Origin: Gemmatimonadota bacterium
GTDB taxonomy: Bacteria > Latescibacterota > UBA2968 > UBA8231
Assembly (NCBI GenBank): GCA_038153405.1
Contig: JAYOYH010000004.1
Span: forward strand, 64,001-128,000
Length of the DNA: 64,000 bases
Reading direction: 5' to 3'
In this document: positions 48,503-60,000 of the stretch, one piece after another
How the letters are laid out: each line of letters starts with the position of its first letter
How positions within the stretch are numbered: position 1 is the stretch's first letter
The notes under the pieces: generated by a model
Database searches by the model: none
Told to the model about the DNA's origin: nothing
The model's input: the letters and a program-made list of their open reading frames with translations, nothing else
Made by a program: the position numbers and the translations under genes

Positions 48503-50284
48503 TCAAGCTAGTTGTGCACTGGTCCCATCAACACCCCCATCTTCGTACTGCAGTTGATGTAGGCGATGGTAGATGCCGCGCTGGGCCAGCAGTTCATCGT
48601 GGCGTCCCTCTTCGCGAATCTCGCCGTGGTGCATAACCAAAATTTTGTCGGCGTTGCGTATGGTGGATAGGCGGTGGGCGATGACGATAGACGTGCGGCT
48701 CTGCATGAGCTTTTCCACCGCTTCCTGAATCCACATTTCCGTTTCCGTATCGACACTGGCCGTCGCTTCGTCGAGCACCAGTATATCGGGACTGCTGGCC
48801 AGCGCGCGCGCAAAGGAAATGAGCTGGCGCTGACCGGCTGAGAACGATGCGCCGCGCTCGCCGACCTGGTGTCCGTAGCCGTCGGGCAGCTTGTTTATAA
48901 AGCGGTCGGCATTGACACTGTGCGCGGCCTGCTCAACTTGGGCTCGCGTCATATCGCCGTCGCCCAGCGCGATATTGCGCTCGACGTCACCGCTAAACAG
49001 AAAGACATCCTGCTGCACAATACCCACTCTGCGGCGCAGGGCCTGCACGTCCCACTGGCGAATATCAACCCCATCGACGCGGATGGTCCCGCGCTGAATA
49101 TCGTAAAAGCGGCAAACTAGGTTGATAATGGTGCTCTTGCCGGCCCCGGTGGCACCGACGATGGCCACGCTCTGCCCCGGCTCGACGCGGAACGAAACGT
49201 CGCGCAGCACCCAATCCTCGCCGCTGTAAGCGAAGAACACGCCGTCAAACTCGATGGCGCCCTGCAAATGGGACTGTGCGTATCCATCGCCGACCGGTTC
49301 GGGCGCGCTGTCGACCAACTCGAAAATGCGCTCGGAAGAAGCCATGGCAATTTGCAGCGTATTGTAGCGCTCGGCAATGTCGCGAATCGGCATAAAGAAA
49401 CGCGGCACGTACTGCAGCATGGCTACCAACACGCCCCATTGGATATCTCCGCCGAGGACTTGGCCTCCACCATACCACAGGACGAGCGCCAGCAGCGAAG
49501 AACCGGCCAGTTCCATAAAGGGGAAGTAGATCGAATGATAGAGCGTGCTCTGCACGCGTGCTTCCAGATAGCTATCGTTGCCGCGGTCAAAGCGCTCGGC
49601 AGCGCGGCGTTCAAAACCGAATAACTGCACCACTTCAATCCCGGAAAGGCTCTCCTGTAGCGATGCGCTAAAACTATCAAAGCGCGTGCGCGCGATGCGA
49701 TAAGCTTGGAAGGTCTTTTTTTGTAGCCAAAACGTCACCGCAGCGGCCAGCGGCAGCACCGCGCAGGTCAGCGCGCCCAATTCGACGTCCATATAGAATA
49801 TGTAAGCGAGTATGGTCAGAATGGTGAGCATATCGCTGCACATTGATACCACGCCATCGGTAAATAGCTCGTTGAGCGCGTCGACGTCACTGGTGTTACG
49901 CGCCATCAAACGCCCGATGGGCGTGCGATCAAAAAAGCGCAGCGGCAGCTTCTGCATGCACGAAAAGATCTGCGCGCGCACGTCGCGCATGGCCCACTGG
50001 CCGACCATACTAGTTGTCCAGCTCTGCGCATAGCCGACGACAAACTGCACGACGAGCAGGCCGAGAAAAACGCCGATAATCCAACCTAAACCCTCGCGAT
50101 CGCCCATCAATACGTAGTCATCAATGGCGATCTTTGTGAGGAAAGGGCCTCCCTGACGCGCAGCAGATGATACGAGGACCAGCACAAAAGTGAAGGCCAC
50201 CCACCCCGCATAGGGGCGCAGATAACCCAATAGGCGCACGAGCAGCTTGGGATCGACGCCTTTGGTCTCGAGCGCTTCTTCCAC
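48503..50284 (-). CDS. ABC exporter fused TMD-NBD subunit (MdlB/YheH-like)
   Basis: GATGAGKS, FSAGQRQ, LDEATASVD, AHR. Confidence 0.92.
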   Translation of the reverse strand: MEEALETKGVDPKLLVRLLGYLRPYAGWVAFTFVLVLVSSAARQGGPFLTKIAIDDYVLMGDREGLGWIIGVFLGLLVVQFVVGYAQSWTTSMVGQWAMRDVRAQIFSCMQKLPLRFFDRTPIGRLMARNTSDVDALNELFTDGVVSMCSDMLTILTILAYIFYMDVELGALTCAVLPLAAAVTFWLQKKTFQAYRIARTRFDSFSASLQESLSGIEVVQLFGFERRAAERFDRGNDSYLEARVQSTLYHSIYFPFMELAGSSLLALVLWYGGGQVLGGDIQWGVLVAMLQYVPRFFMPIRDIAERYNTLQIAMASSERIFELVDSAPEPVGDGYAQSHLQGAIEFDGVFFAYSGEDWVLRDVSFRVEPGQSVAIVGATGAGKSTIINLVCRFYDIQRGTIRVDGVDIRQWDVQALRRRVGIVQQDVFLFSGDVERNIALGDGDMTRAQVEQAAHSVNADRFINKLPDGYGHQVGERGASFSAGQRQLISFARALASSPDILVLDEATASVDTETEMWIQEAVEKLMQSRTSIVIAHRLSTIRNADKILVMHHGEIREEGRHDELLAQRGIYHRLHQLQYEDGGVDGTSAQLA

Positions 50285-50285
50285 T

Positions 50286-52055
50286 CTAGAGCGCCTCCAA
50301 CTCGCTGCTCAAGTTCTGGCGTCGACACATATCGGCGTAGATGCCGTCGCGTGCCTGCAACTGTTCGTGCGTGCCCAGTTCAACCACGCGCCCTTCGTCG
50401 AGGACGACAATTTGGTCGGCATCTTTGACCGTCGATATGCGATGGGCAATGATGATGGTCGTGCGCTCCGCCATAATGCCGCGCAGTCGCTTGAGGATCT
50501 CTTCTTCGGTATGGGTGTCGACGGCGGCCAGCGCATCGTCGAGTATGAGAATTTTCGGCTTGCGGATTACGGCACGCGCCAGCGCCGTGCGCTGTTTTTG
50601 ACCACCCGACAGCGTGACGCCGCGCTCGCCGACAACGGTTTCTAACCCCAGTGGAAACGACCTTAGATCTGCTGCTAGCTGCGCGATCTCTACCGCCTCC
50701 TCAACGCCAATTTCGGTCGATTGATCGGATCCGAGCAGGACGTTCTCGCGCAGCGTGTCAGAAAAGAGAAAGGTTTCCTGCGGCACGTAGCCGATGGCCT
50801 CGCGCAGATCGCCGAGGGGAATCTGGCCAATGGGAACGCCGTCGATCAGCAGCTGTCCATCGACGGCCTCAATGAGCCTGGGAATAAAGCGCGCCAGCGT
50901 CGTCTTGCCCGAACCGACGCGCCCGACGATGGCCAGCGTGCTGCCAGCCGGCACCCGGATACTGATGTCTTTCAGCGCCGAACGCCCATCGTACGAGAAT
51001 GATGCCGAACGGAACTCTACTTCGCCGCGCAGCGCCATGCGCTCAGCGCCACCCAGCGCCTGCGGCTGCACATCAATAACGCTCTGGATGCGACCCATCG
51101 AAGCGACGGCGCGCTGATACTCGTCGACAATGCGCCCCAGCAGCATCATCGGTCGTCCCATGCGAATTAAATAGGCATTGAATGCAACAAAGGCGCCCAG
51201 ACTCATGGCCCCATCGATTACGCGCAGCCCACCCAACCACAGGATAACCAGCATCGAAGCGCCGTTGAGCAAGAAAGTGAACGGATAGAATAGGGCGCGA
51301 ATTTTAACGAGACGGCGATTGCGTTCGACGTAGTCTTCGTTGAGTTTGGCAAAGTCTTCCATCTCGGCCTTCTCCAGTGCATAGGCCTTAACTACGCGCA
51401 TGCCGGAGAGGTTTTCCTGAATGTGTGCAACCATTTCGGCGAATTGCTCCTGCACCTGGCGATAGCCGCTGCGCACTTTTTCGCCCACCCAGCGCGTAGT
51501 GAGCACCATCGCCGGCATCGGCAACAGAGACAGCACGGCCAGCTGCCAGTCGATAAAGCACATCAGCACCAGCGTGAGTACAAAGGTCAGCGCACCGGTG
51601 AGCGACATGCGAAAGGCGTGGTGCAAAAAGCGCTGAATGGCCTCGACGTCGTTAGTGGCCCGCGCCATCAGATCGCCGACGCGTCGCTGGTGGAAATAGG
51701 ACAGGGGCAAGCGCAGCAAGTGGTTGACGTAGGCGCTGCGAATATCGCGCTCGACCTTGCGCGAGACGATCGTCAGATAGTAGCGCATGCCGATCGACAG
51801 CAGCCAGTTGAGCAAGGACATACCGGCGATAAGACCGGCGTAGAAGGCCAGGTCGCCTTCGAGACTACCCGTTTTATAGGCCGCTGTAGCTGCGCCTTTT
51901 AGTGCCATTTCAATCGCCTCAATACCCCACTGCATCAGCTTGGGAATCATCAGCGATATGGCCAGCGTTACAAAGAGCAAAAACAGGCCGAGTCCGACCT
52001 GGGCCCGATAGGGCTGGAGAAAACGGGCAAAGGGTTGAAAGAGATTAAAACGCAA
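50286..52055 (-). CDS. ABC exporter fused TMD-NBD subunit (MdlA/YheI-like)
   Basis: GDLMARATND, GRVGSGKT, LSGGQKQ, LDDALAAVD. Confidence 0.92.
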   Translation of the reverse strand: MRFNLFQPFARFLQPYRAQVGLGLFLLFVTLAISLMIPKLMQWGIEAIEMALKGAATAAYKTGSLEGDLAFYAGLIAGMSLLNWLLSIGMRYYLTIVSRKVERDIRSAYVNHLLRLPLSYFHQRRVGDLMARATNDVEAIQRFLHHAFRMSLTGALTFVLTLVLMCFIDWQLAVLSLLPMPAMVLTTRWVGEKVRSGYRQVQEQFAEMVAHIQENLSGMRVVKAYALEKAEMEDFAKLNEDYVERNRRLVKIRALFYPFTFLLNGASMLVILWLGGLRVIDGAMSLGAFVAFNAYLIRMGRPMMLLGRIVDEYQRAVASMGRIQSVIDVQPQALGGAERMALRGEVEFRSASFSYDGRSALKDISIRVPAGSTLAIVGRVGSGKTTLARFIPRLIEAVDGQLLIDGVPIGQIPLGDLREAIGYVPQETFLFSDTLRENVLLGSDQSTEIGVEEAVEIAQLAADLRSFPLGLETVVGERGVTLSGGQKQRTALARAVIRKPKILILDDALAAVDTHTEEEILKRLRGIMAERTTIIIAHRISTVKDADQIVVLDEGRVVELGTHEQLQARDGIYADMCRRQNLSSELEAL

Positions 52056-52079
52056 AAGACCTCTTCAGGTTGGCTTGTC

Positions 52080-53894
52080 TCAGGTCGATTCTACGCGTTC
52101 ACCGCGCCACAGGTGCCGCATTTCCTCGCAGTCTTTGAGCAGTTCTCGCAGCGTGCCTACCGCTTCAATCCGCCCATCCTTTAATACGATAATTTGATCG
52201 GCACGCTCCAGTGCCGGCCGCCGGTGCGACACGACTAGCGAGGCCCCGCGCCGAGCGGCAAATACCCGATCCCACAGCACATTTTCTGTTTCCACGTCGA
52301 GCGCCGACGAAAGATCATCAAAGACGTAGAGCCCGGCGCGCCGAACAAACATCCGCGCTGCTGCCGTCCGCTGCATCTGTCCACCCGAGAGCTTGACGCC
52401 GCGCGGACCAACTAACGTATCGAGTCCCCCTTCTAGCGTCGGCAGGTCATCCTCCATAACGCCTAGGCGAATAGCCTCGGCAATCTCGTCCGGTTCGCCA
52501 GAGACGCCCATCAATATATTATCGCGCAGCTTTTCGCTAAATAGGCGCGGCACCTGTGGCGTATAAGCGCAGCGCGGCGGCACGAAGAACGATTTGGTGT
52601 CTTCTACGAGCTGACCGTTCCAAACGATGTGGCCCTCCTGCTTGGGCAACACGCCGAGCAACGTGCGCAACAGCGTTGTCTTACCTGAACCTATGCGTCC
52701 GGTTACGACATTAAATGAATCGGGGCCTAAGTCAAAGTCGATATCGTGCACGCCGTTGGTCGAGTTGTCAAAGACGTGTTTTAGGCCGCGCACTTCTAGC
52801 CGTTCCAACCGACCGCTCTCTGCCATTTCTACCCCGGCCACGGGCGGCGCTTCTTCCGTCAGATATACCGGCCCGTGCTGGACCAATTCGTCGGATCGAC
52901 GCAGTTCGGCTGTGCGCTCCATGCGGCTGAGCGATACCTCGGCGCGCCGATGTTGGGCCATTACCGAACCAATGAGCGAACCGCTGCGCGCCACTTCGCC
53001 CACGTAGGTCGTAAAGAGGGCAAAGTCGCCGACGGTAAAATGCCCCGAGCGCATTTGCTCTGCTACCATGATGAGAATAGCACCGGTGGCGACGTGGCTG
53101 ATATTGAAATTGATGGAAAACAGCATCTGCGTAAACAGATTGTCTACCAACGTCGATTTGCGCCGCGCATCGTTGAGCCGGCGAAAGCGATCGACTACCG
53201 GCGACTCGGTGGTGGCGACCTGTACGGCCAGCACCGAGCTAAACATTTCGTTGGCAAAATTGGTCGCCGCTTCGGTAGCCGCGCGCTGCGCTGCTCGGTA
53301 GCGCTGAATGTGCTTGCGAGCAATATCGACAATGGTGACGATGAGAATACTCGGCACGACGGTAACCGCCGTAACGGCTACGTCGATCTTAGCCATATAG
53401 CTAATGGCCAAGATCGCAAAGATCATATTGCCCCACAGATTGACGTATTGCTCCAAGTAGCGCACCACCGCCTCCACATCGTCGCGGAAGCGGTTGGTCG
53501 CCTCGCCAGACGAGACGCTGACGCGGCGGGGGTTTTGCACTTCTAACACGGCTTTCAGCAAATTCTTGCGCAGCAGCGATTCGACGTGAAAACGCCAGCG
53601 CACGCCAACCAGTGCCGCGATAAAGAGCGTTGCGCGGTCGCCGAATTCCAAGAGGACAAAAAAGACCACAAGCGTCCAAGCATTAAAACCGGCAGCCGCC
53701 TCTCCGCTCAGCGCATTAAAAAATGCCTGCATAATCAGGCCCACGGCAAAGGGCTGCAAGTCATCGAGGCCGCGGAAAAATACGGTGGCCAAGAACAAAC
53801 CCGGGCGATAGCGCAATAGCTTCAGCGCCGTCTGACCTGTGGTCATGCCCTCCGCCGCAGAGAAGGTGCCGTTGTCAGCAGGTGCCGTACTCAT
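52080..53894 (-). CDS. ABC exporter fused TMD-NBD subunit
   Basis: [24 protein letters not shown]. Confidence 0.9.
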   Translation of the reverse strand: MSTAPADNGTFSAAEGMTTGQTALKLLRYRPGLFLATVFFRGLDDLQPFAVGLIMQAFFNALSGEAAAGFNAWTLVVFFVLLEFGDRATLFIAALVGVRWRFHVESLLRKNLLKAVLEVQNPRRVSVSSGEATNRFRDDVEAVVRYLEQYVNLWGNMIFAILAISYMAKIDVAVTAVTVVPSILIVTIVDIARKHIQRYRAAQRAATEAATNFANEMFSSVLAVQVATTESPVVDRFRRLNDARRKSTLVDNLFTQMLFSINFNISHVATGAILIMVAEQMRSGHFTVGDFALFTTYVGEVARSGSLIGSVMAQHRRAEVSLSRMERTAELRRSDELVQHGPVYLTEEAPPVAGVEMAESGRLERLEVRGLKHVFDNSTNGVHDIDFDLGPDSFNVVTGRIGSGKTTLLRTLLGVLPKQEGHIVWNGQLVEDTKSFFVPPRCAYTPQVPRLFSEKLRDNILMGVSGEPDEIAEAIRLGVMEDDLPTLEGGLDTLVGPRGVKLSGGQMQRTAAARMFVRRAGLYVFDDLSSALDVETENVLWDRVFAARRGASLVVSHRRPALERADQIIVLKDGRIEAVGTLRELLKDCEEMRHLWRGERVEST

Positions 53895-55666
53895 ACGAGG
53901 ACCTTTTCCAAACCCGCTGCCAATAGCTGGGCAAAACGCGAATGGGGATCGTTTGCCAGCGCCGTGCGATCGCCGTGCTCGGCAATATGCCCTCCCTGCA
54001 GCACCATGATCTCATCAACTTTTTCCACTGTACCTAAATGGTGGGCAATGATAATCCCCGTGCGCCCCTGCAGCAGCTTCTGCACGGCGCGGTCAATACG
54101 CGTTTCCGTAGCTGGGTCGAGTCGCGAAGAAGGCTCGTCGAGGATGACGATGCCCGGATCTTTGAGAAATACGCGTGCAAAAGCCAGCAGTTGGGCTTCG
54201 CCAGCCGACAGCGCGCCAGAGCTGACGTTGGAGTCTAGACCCTCGGGCAGCGCGCCAAACCAAGGCCCCAGACCAAGTTCCTCGATGGCCTCTAACAGGC
54301 GCTCATCGGCGATGCCTTCGGTAAAGAGCGATAGGTTTTCGCGCAAACTGGCATTGAAAATCTGCACGTCCTGCGTCACCATACCCACCTTGCCGCGCAG
54401 TTGTTCCAAGCGCACCTGATGCAGCGGCTGCCCGCCGACGCGAATCTGACCCGCATCGACGTCGTAAAAGCGGAATAGTAGGCGCGTTAGCGTTGTCTTG
54501 CCGCTGCCGGTGCGCCCAAGCAGGCCCAGTACGCGACCCGGTTGCAGGGCAAAAGATACGTCGCGCAGCACCGGTTCGCCCTGAAAATAGCCAAAAGTCA
54601 CCCCATCGAATTGGACGCCAAGCGCCTGGCCTGCAGGCAAGGTGCCTGTGCCTTCCGCAATGCGCGTGCGCGTGCGAAAGAGCGCCTCAATGCGCTTAAA
54701 GCCGGCTGTGGCCTTCTGTAAATCGTTGATTTGTCGGCTGATTTGAAAGAGCGGCCAGCGCAGCATCGACGTATAGCTAAAAATGAGATAGACCGCGCCA
54801 AGAGTGAATACACCCTCACCGTACAGCCAGATCCCCATCCCCATCGAAAGCGCATGGCCAAAGGTGAAGAGGATCGTCGTGATAGAGCGCAGCACCGCCC
54901 CCATGGTCTCGGAGCGCACGGCGCGTCCATAGGCGTCGCGGTTGACGTTAAAAAAGCGATTAGCGATATAGGCAACCGCCCCGTTAGGGCGAATGTCTTC
55001 GATGCCGGCAAGCCGTTCCTCTAGGAAGCCATAGAGGCGCGAATAGCCTTCGCGCTCGGCCGCATAGTGGGGCACGGCCATGCTGCGCGTAAGGTTGTAG
55101 ACGAAAAAGGCTATAACGGTAAATACGCTCATCGCCACGCCAATGCGCCAGTCCTCGCGAAAGAGCAGCGCCAGCACGCCGAAGAGAAAGAAGATACTGC
55201 CGATGACCTGCACGACGAATTCGGAAAAGAAGTTGGACAGCGCCGTGGCATCGCCATCGACGCGCTCGACCATTTCGCCCGGCGTACGCTCGTGATGAAA
55301 GGACATATCCAAGCGCAAACAGTGCTCAGCCAGATCGCCGCGCATGGTATTGGTCGCCCGCCAACCGACGTCCTGCCCCAAGTATGAGCCGGCCAAGTAG
55401 ACGAACTGCCGGCAGATACCAATGGCTAAAAAGAGCAGCGCTGCATCCGTCAATTCGCCCACCGTGCCGCCCTCGCGCGCCGTATCGATAAAGTAGCGGA
55501 CGATCTGCGGGTTGAGCAGGTTCATGCCGATGCCGAAGAAAATGCAGACGGCCAGCAGCGCTACGCGCGCCTTATAGGGCTTTAGATACTGCCCCAACAG
55601 CGCGGCATACGCGCGCAGGGAAACGCGCTCAACGGCGGTGCCGTCTTCTGCCCGGGCGTATTTCAT
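53891..55666 (-). CDS. ABC exporter fused TMD-NBD subunit
   Basis: [28 protein letters not shown] overlap with the next gene. Confidence 0.9.
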   Translation of the reverse strand: MKYARAEDGTAVERVSLRAYAALLGQYLKPYKARVALLAVCIFFGIGMNLLNPQIVRYFIDTAREGGTVGELTDAALLFLAIGICRQFVYLAGSYLGQDVGWRATNTMRGDLAEHCLRLDMSFHHERTPGEMVERVDGDATALSNFFSEFVVQVIGSIFFLFGVLALLFREDWRIGVAMSVFTVIAFFVYNLTRSMAVPHYAAEREGYSRLYGFLEERLAGIEDIRPNGAVAYIANRFFNVNRDAYGRAVRSETMGAVLRSITTILFTFGHALSMGMGIWLYGEGVFTLGAVYLIFSYTSMLRWPLFQISRQINDLQKATAGFKRIEALFRTRTRIAEGTGTLPAGQALGVQFDGVTFGYFQGEPVLRDVSFALQPGRVLGLLGRTGSGKTTLTRLLFRFYDVDAGQIRVGGQPLHQVRLEQLRGKVGMVTQDVQIFNASLRENLSLFTEGIADERLLEAIEELGLGPWFGALPEGLDSNVSSGALSAGEAQLLAFARVFLKDPGIVILDEPSSRLDPATETRIDRAVQKLLQGRTGIIIAHHLGTVEKVDEIMVLQGGHIAEHGDRTALANDPHSRFAQLLAAGLEKVLV

Positions 55667-55716
55667 CTGGTCTTTCAGCGCGATGCGATCCGTCGAGAGA
55701 GGCGACCGACAACTAT

Positions 55717-55730
55717 ACTGACCGGTCAGT
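55717..55730. promoter_or_regulatory. Perfect 14-bp palindrome, putative repressor (TetR-like) operator
   Basis: ACTGACCGGTCAGT, 50 bp upstream of the ABC exporter operon and abutting a minus-strand TATAGT. Confidence 0.55.
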
Positions 55731-55827
55731 TCATTTTATAGGCAAAAAATATATCAACCGACCTGTTCCCCGCGCAAGCCCACCGCGCAATATACCTTTG
55801 CTGAGAGCGCGTTGACCACAAGAAAAC

Positions 55828-56766
55828 CTATAGCGTCACCACGCCCTTGATATACCCCTCCACCTGTCCAGCCACCAGGCGCTGCATAAAATCTGGGTAC
55901 TCTTCCAGCGGCAGCACGTGCGTAACCAGCGGCTGCAGGTCGATCACGCCCTTGTCCAGCAGGCGGATAGCCGGTGGAAAGGGATCGCGCAACCGCGCAG
56001 AAGGCGCCGAGTTGACGATTGTCAGTCCCTTGGTATGCCACGCGCTGGGATTGAAATGGGCGCGTTCGCCCTTGATCCAGCCAAACAAATTGATCCGACC
56101 ACCGCGCCGAGCGATATCGGCCGCCAAATCTAAACCCTGCTGCGAACCGCTCGTATCTACGACGACGTCGATATCGCGCGCTTTTAACGCCGCTTGCACT
56201 CCGTCAAAATCGGCCGCCGTCACGTCGTACACTTCGTCGGCACCCATCTGCTTGGCCAACTGCAGCCGACGCGCGTCGACGTCGAGGGCGACGATCTGCT
56301 CATAGCCCATGCCCGCCAGCCCCTGCAGCATCATCAAACCCATAAAACCGCAGCCTATCATAGCCAAGCGCTCGCCTACGCGGACTTGGCACTGGTCGAT
56401 CCCCGTCACCACGCAGGAGACCGGTTCGACGATCCAATAGGGGTCTTGGAGAGGGGAAGCTGGAATGGCGTAGAGCGGAGAAGCGCCGATATTGCGCAGG
56501 CGGGCAAACCCCCCGCCCACGACGCGCTGGCCTATTTCGACGCCCTCGACGCCCGGTCCCAGTTTGCTCACATAGCCCACGCCTTCGTGCCCCGGCGGTG
56601 CGGCAAACGGCGCGGCGCTCCCCGCTCTACAGGTCTGGATATCCCATGCGCAAATGCCGCAGGCCGCCACCTCGATTTGCACTTGTCCCGGCCCGGGATC
56701 GCCAACTTCCACGTCGACGAGTTCGACGCCCCCCTCCGCTCTGTACTGCACGCTGTGCACTTTCAT
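55828..56766 (-). CDS. Zinc-binding medium-chain dehydrogenase lacking the structural-Zn loop
   Basis: CGIC..D, GHEG.G, EPVSC, G.GFMG Rossmann motif. Confidence 0.85.
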   Translation of the reverse strand: MKVHSVQYRAEGGVELVDVEVGDPGPGQVQIEVAACGICAWDIQTCRAGSAAPFAAPPGHEGVGYVSKLGPGVEGVEIGQRVVGGGFARLRNIGASPLYAIPASPLQDPYWIVEPVSCVVTGIDQCQVRVGERLAMIGCGFMGLMMLQGLAGMGYEQIVALDVDARRLQLAKQMGADEVYDVTAADFDGVQAALKARDIDVVVDTSGSQQGLDLAADIARRGGRINLFGWIKGERAHFNPSAWHTKGLTIVNSAPSARLRDPFPPAIRLLDKGVIDLQPLVTHVLPLEEYPDFMQRLVAGQVEGYIKGVVTL

Positions 56767-56840
56767 ATCGCCTTCTCCCGATCCACTGATCACTCCCTTC
56801 TCAAAAAGCCCACGCCCGCCTGCCGCACCGTGCAGAAAAC

Positions 56841-58724
56841 CTATTTGCGCGGTGTCGCGCGGCCACTACGCCGCGGTTTGCGCCCCGACGCCCCATCGAC
56901 TTGGCGCTGCGTGCCCAGCAGCCTTTCCAATAGGTCGGGCCGCTTTAAACGCTGTAAGACCTGGCGAACCCAGGAGGTATTTTCGCCCTTGTACCAGAAG
57001 AAGAAGCGGTGTTGGTCTCGCTTCTCGCGCTCGCTGCGCACCGTCGGCACCTCTTTTAGGGTATAGGGATCGTAGCCAGAATAGTACATCACGGTGGCCA
57101 CGGTCATCGGCGTCGGCGTGAAGTCCTGCACCTGCTCCAGTTGAAAGCCGGCCTCCTTTGTCTGACAGGCCAGATCGGCCATATCCTCCAACTGCGAGCC
57201 GGGATGGCTGGAGATAAAATAGGGAATCAGTTGCTGACGCAGCCCCGCTTTTTTGTTAAAGCGATCAAATTTTTCTTTAAACGCATCAAAGAACTTGAAC
57301 GACGGCTTGCGCATGAGCTTGAGCACCGCGTCTGACGTGTGCTCGGGCGCAATCTTCAGGCGACCCGAAACGCGGTTGACTACGAGCTCCTCAATATATT
57401 CGTCGCAGCGGTTGGCCCGCTGCTCTTGCTCCGAGCCGCGCACCAGCATATCGTAGCGAATGCCGCTAGATACAAAGGCTTTTTTCACCTGCGGGTGAGC
57501 CGAGGCACTGCGGTAAATATCGAGCAGCGGCTGGTGGTTCATATCTAGGTTATGGCAAATCGTCGGGTGTATGCAGGAAGGGCTTACACAGCGATCGCAG
57601 ATGGCCTGTACCTTGCCCTTCATCTTATACATATTGCCCGAGGGACCGCCCAAATCACTGATATAGCCCTTGAAATCGGGCATCTGTGTAATCTGATCGA
57701 CCTCTTTCATAATCGACTGTTTTGAGCGGCTGGCGATCATTTTCCCCTGATGGGCGGAGATCGTGCAAAAGCTGCACCCACCAAAGCACCCGCGGTGCAT
57801 ATTAACGGAAAACTTGATCATCTCAAAGGCGGGAATGGCACCGCGCTTTTCGTATTTTGGATGGGGCTGGCGCGTATAGGGCAGGTCAAACGAGGCGTCG
57901 ATTTCCGCCTCGCCCATCGTTTGATAGGGCGGGTTGATAACCAGCAGGCGATCGCCAACCCGCTGCAGTAGACGGCGACCAAACTGCTTGTTCGACTCCT
58001 GCTCGATATACTTGAAGTTGCGCGCAAAGGCCTTCTTGTCGCGCAGACACTGCTCGTGCGAAGTCAGCTCAACGCTGTCCCAGTTTTTGTTTTTGGGCAT
58101 CTCTCGGCCAGCCGGCTGCATAAAGGCCGTCTGTGGAATCGTCCTCAACGACGCAAAGGGCACACCGCGGTCGAGCAGGCGCAGCATTTCGCGCAGCGGC
58201 TGTTCGCCCATGCCATAGACGAGCAGGTCAGCGCCGCTGTCGGCGAGAATGGAAGGCTTGAGCGCATCCGACCAATAGTCGTAGTGCGTGACCCGACGCA
58301 GCGAACCTTCAATGCCGCCAATGACGACGGGGGTATCTGGGTAGAGCCTCTTGAGAATCTGCGCATAGACCGTCGCGGCATAGTCAGGGCGAAAACCAGA
58401 CTGACCGCCCGGCGTATACGCATCGGTCGAACGCTTTCTCTTGGCCGCCGTATAGTGGTTGACCATTGGATCCATGCAGCCGGAGGAAATGCCAAAAAAC
58501 AGCCGCGGTGTGCCCAGTTTTTTAAAATCGCGCAGGTCGTCGCGCCAATTGGGCTGCGCTACGATAGCGACGCGAAAGCCCTCCGACTCAACGATGCGCG
58601 CAATAACGGCGTGGCCAAAGGCCGGATGGTCGACGTAGGCGTCACCCGAGATAATGATGACGTCCAGCTCGTCCCATCCACGCGCTTCGACTTCTTTCTT
58701 TGTCGTGGGCAAAAATTCACTCAT
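56841..58724 (-). CDS. ygiQ: YgiQ family radical SAM protein
   Basis: SGDAYVDHPAFG, GGIEGSLRR..HYDYW, RGCFGGCSFC, PYFISSHPG, QVQDFTPTP. Confidence 0.92.
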   Translation of the reverse strand: MSEFLPTTKKEVEARGWDELDVIIISGDAYVDHPAFGHAVIARIVESEGFRVAIVAQPNWRDDLRDFKKLGTPRLFFGISSGCMDPMVNHYTAAKRKRSTDAYTPGGQSGFRPDYAATVYAQILKRLYPDTPVVIGGIEGSLRRVTHYDYWSDALKPSILADSGADLLVYGMGEQPLREMLRLLDRGVPFASLRTIPQTAFMQPAGREMPKNKNWDSVELTSHEQCLRDKKAFARNFKYIEQESNKQFGRRLLQRVGDRLLVINPPYQTMGEAEIDASFDLPYTRQPHPKYEKRGAIPAFEMIKFSVNMHRGCFGGCSFCTISAHQGKMIASRSKQSIMKEVDQITQMPDFKGYISDLGGPSGNMYKMKGKVQAICDRCVSPSCIHPTICHNLDMNHQPLLDIYRSASAHPQVKKAFVSSGIRYDMLVRGSEQEQRANRCDEYIEELVVNRVSGRLKIAPEHTSDAVLKLMRKPSFKFFDAFKEKFDRFNKKAGLRQQLIPYFISSHPGSQLEDMADLACQTKEAGFQLEQVQDFTPTPMTVATVMYYSGYDPYTLKEVPTVRSEREKRDQHRFFFWYKGENTSWVRQVLQRLKRPDLLERLLGTQRQVDGASGRKPRRSGRATPRK

Positions 58725-58994
58725 ATAGGTATCTCCATATTCCGTGATATATAAAAGTATACATTGCATGCCATAAGTAAACTGCACTCCCTCTTGCCGT
58801 CTTTCCTACCATTGCTTGCATTTTAATCTATTTCGCGACATGTACGCGTTATGGCCAACTCCGCCATCGCTCCATTGCACCAGCTAAATGGGCAGCGCGC
58901 AGAGCACATAGGTCAAAACGTTCGCGAATAGAGAGCGCATATATACACACCATCTCGAACCCACGGCAAAGGCCATACAAAGAGGAGAATCGAT

Positions 58995-59930
58995 GTGGAA
59001 AAGATTGTGCTAGGACGCACGGGGCTTGCCGTTTCGCGCATGGGCATTGGCGGCGGCGGACCCAGCCAACTGGGCCAACGCACGGGCAGGAGTGCCGATG
59101 AGTCGGCCGATATACTGCGCCGGGCATTTGATGCGGGCGTCAACTTCGTAGACACCTCGGAGGACTACGGCACCGAGCCGATCATTGCCCGCGCGCTGGC
59201 GTCGCGCGCGCGCGATACCATTGTGATATCGACCAAAAAATCGACGCGCCACCAGCGGGTAACGCCTAGCACCGTGCGCGAAAGCATAGACCAGAGCCTG
59301 CGCCAGCTCAACACCGATTACATCGACCTATACAATCTGCACGGCGTTGTGCCACAGGATTACGACTACCTCGCCGAGGACGTATATCCGGAGCTGCTAA
59401 AGGCGCGCCAAGCCGGCAAGATTCGCAGCATCGGCATTACCGAGATGTTCAACGAGGATACGGGACACGAGACGATGGCACGCGCCGCACACGACGGCCT
59501 GTGGGATGTGCTGATGGTCGGCTTCAACGTGCTCAACCAGACGGCGCGCGGGCGCGTATTTGCAGAAGCGCAAAAAAACAACATCGGCATTCAGGTGATG
59601 TTCGCCGTGCGCAAGGCCCTGCGCTCCCCCGCCGACCTGCGCCCCTTTGTCGCCGAGCTGATCGAGCGCGGGCAGCTCGACCCCGACGAGATCAATGCCG
59701 AGCGCCCGCTGGCCTTTCTACTCGACGACGGGCTGGCCGAATCGCTGACGGACGCGTCCTACCGCTTTTGCCGCGACGAGCCCGGGGTCCACATCGTGCT
59801 GTCGGGTACGGGGAACCCAGAGCATTTGGCGCACAACATGCGCTCTTTCGAGCGCCCGCCGCTGCCGGCCGACACTGCCGCGCGCCTGCGCCATATCTTT
59901 CGCCACGTCGACTCGACGACGGGCCAGTAG
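58995..59930 (+). CDS. Aldo/keto reductase
   Basis: LGRTGL.VS, NFVDTS.DY, ISTK, DYIDLYNLH; GTG start with GAGGAG RBS. Confidence 0.9.
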   Translation: MEKIVLGRTGLAVSRMGIGGGGPSQLGQRTGRSADESADILRRAFDAGVNFVDTSEDYGTEPIIARALASRARDTIVISTKKSTRHQRVTPSTVRESIDQSLRQLNTDYIDLYNLHGVVPQDYDYLAEDVYPELLKARQAGKIRSIGITEMFNEDTGHETMARAAHDGLWDVLMVGFNVLNQTARGRVFAEAQKNNIGIQVMFAVRKALRSPADLRPFVAELIERGQLDPDEINAERPLAFLLDDGLAESLTDASYRFCRDEPGVHIVLSGTGNPEHLAHNMRSFERPPLPADTAARLRHIFRHVDSTTGQ

Positions 59931-60000
59931 CGCACCCGGCGCCGCCTAGGCGAGATCATGACCGTGCCGTCGGGCGCAGCGCAACGAGAGTTTGGATGCT

